34,785 bases of DNA from the NCBI GenBank assembly GCA_009839405.1, contig VXPR01000550.1:1-34785 (forward strand). The letters are read 5' to 3'. This document shows positions 33,812 through 34,785 of the stretch, one piece after another. Source of the stretch: Gammaproteobacteria bacterium (GTDB lineage Bacteria > Pseudomonadota > Gammaproteobacteria > Pseudomonadales > Azotimanducaceae). Position 1 is the stretch's first letter; the number at the start of each line of letters is the position of its first letter. A model generated the notes under the pieces. It saw nothing but the letters and a program-made list of their open reading frames with translations, was not told where the DNA came from and did not search any database. The position numbers and the translations under genes were made by a program.

Positions 33812-34785
33812 TTGCGCGACATCGACGCCACCACCGACCGGAATCTGCGCGGCAAGTACGCCATCGTCGGCATCGGTGAGACGGAATACACCCGCGGCTC
33901 CGGCATGACCACCCGTGCCCTCGGCACCAGAGCCGTCCGCGCGGCGGTCGAAGATGCCGGGCTCACGTTCGACGATGTCGACGGCATGCTGTCCTACAGC
34001 GGCAACGACTCCATTCCCTCCACCGTCGTGGCCGGCGACCTCGGCATGAGGCTCAATTTCTACATGGACTGTCAGGGCGGCGGCTCCTCCACCGAAGCCT
34101 TGGTGGGCATCGCCATGGGCGTCATAGAGGCTGGGCTGTGCAACACCGTCGCCATCTTCCGCGCCATGAACGGTTATTCCGAGTTTCGCATCGGCGGCAC
34201 GGGACGTTCGAGCGGTCGGTCCGCGCTCTCCGGCGACGCCCTGTTCGGGCGCGTCTATGGCCAGGCCAGTGCCGGCCAGAACTTTGCCCACAGCTTCATG
34301 CGCCACATGTACGACTATGGCACCACCCCAGAGCAGGTGGCGCACGTGAAGGTGATCCACTCCGAACACGCCTCCAACAACCCCAAGGCGTACTACAAGA
34401 ACCGCGTCACCGTGGACGACGTGCTGTCGAGCCGCATGATCTGCAAGCCCTTGCATCTGCTCGACTGCTGCGTGGAGACAGACAACGCCAACTGCATCAT
34501 CGTCACGTCGATGGAGCGCGCCAAGGACCTGCGCCACACGCCAGCGAAAATCCTTGCCGTGGTGGGGCGCTGCTCGAAGCCGCGCATGGACAACCACTAC
34601 CAGCACGGCCCCATCTCCACCGTCGCCGGCCATTACGCCCGCAACATCCTGTGGAGCAACGCCGGCGTCGGCCCGGAGGACATTCAGGTAACCGGCTCCT
34701 ACGACGCCTTCACCTTCACCACCATGCTGCAACTCGAAGACTACGGCTTCTGCAAGAAGGGCGAGGGCGGCGACTACGTCAGCAG
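33812..34785 (+). CDS. Thiolase-like / SCP-x-type lipid-transfer (Ltp-like) protein, 3' end outside the window
   Basis: It is absent from the ORF track because it runs off the window end. My translation reads LRDIDATTDRNLRGKYAIVGIGETEYTRGSG...MDCQGGGSSTEALVGIAMGVIEAG...NNPKAYYKN...LHLLDCCVETDNANCIIV...TGSYDAFTFTTMLQLEDYGFCKKGEGG. I propose a TTG start at 33812, 6 nt after a GGGGAGGG RBS. The first in-frame ATG would remove the conserved N-terminus. Confidence 0.75.
   Translation, partial: MRDIDATTDRNLRGKYAIVGIGETEYTRGSGMTTRALGTRAVRAAVEDAGLTFDDVDGMLSYSGNDSIPSTVVAGDLGMRLNFYMDCQGGGSSTEALVGIAMGVIEAGLCNTVAIFRAMNGYSEFRIGGTGRSSGRSALSGDALFGRVYGQASAGQNFAHSFMRHMYDYGTTPEQVAHVKVIHSEHASNNPKAYYKNRVTVDDVLSSRMICKPLHLLDCCVETDNANCIIVTSMERAKDLRHTPAKILAVVGRCSKPRMDNHYQHGPISTVAGHYARNILWSNAGVGPEDIQVTGSYDAFTFTTMLQLEDYGFCKKGEGGDYVS

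Noticed and set aside
32084-34732. An 882-aa minus-strand ORF that looks like one giant gene.
   Set aside because: Only the segment from 33064 down to about 32537 is real (the dinB N-terminal half). Upstream of 33064 the frame runs antisense through the hypothetical gene and the thiolase-like gene with low-complexity translation. Downstream of 32537 it reads through the C/G tract out of the true dinB frame.

Overview
GC-rich bacterial chromosomal segment. Hand counts give about 63% G+C in a typical genic stretch. Gene content and REP elements with GTAG heads suggest a Proteobacterium. I support about 33 protein-coding genes, two of them disrupted. I saw no rRNA, tRNA, CRISPR array, transposase or integrase.

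Housekeeping genes are xthA, glnS and a disrupted dinB. Most other genes are oxidative, lipid or CoA metabolism: four SDRs, an enolase-superfamily enzyme, a family III CoA-transferase, a MaoC double-hotdog dehydratase, a thiolase-like protein, two PhyH dioxygenases, a penicillin-acylase-family protein, and a CYP153-like P450 in an operon with a desaturase and a methyltransferase.

Four places deserve follow-up:
1. A compositionally foreign ~3.6 kb islet (3871-7471). It carries a translationally coupled three-gene cassette (long XRE-HTH protein, DUF4258-like putative toxin, membrane Cys4 zinc-ribbon protein) and a convergent AlbA_2/Schlafen-like gene. This is my best candidate for an undescribed toxin-antitoxin or defence-type system.
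2. A minus-strand operon (25480-30286). It encodes a secreted redoxin / heme-c motif / PHM-like copper monooxygenase / EF-hand protein, an FAD-oxidoreductase::SelD fusion, and a DsbA-like protein.
3. A dinB gene interrupted by a 101-nt, T-free, C/G low-complexity tract flanked by 8-bp direct repeats.
4. A frameshifted nucleoside-hydrolase-like gene.

All family calls come from motif recognition by eye. No searches were run.
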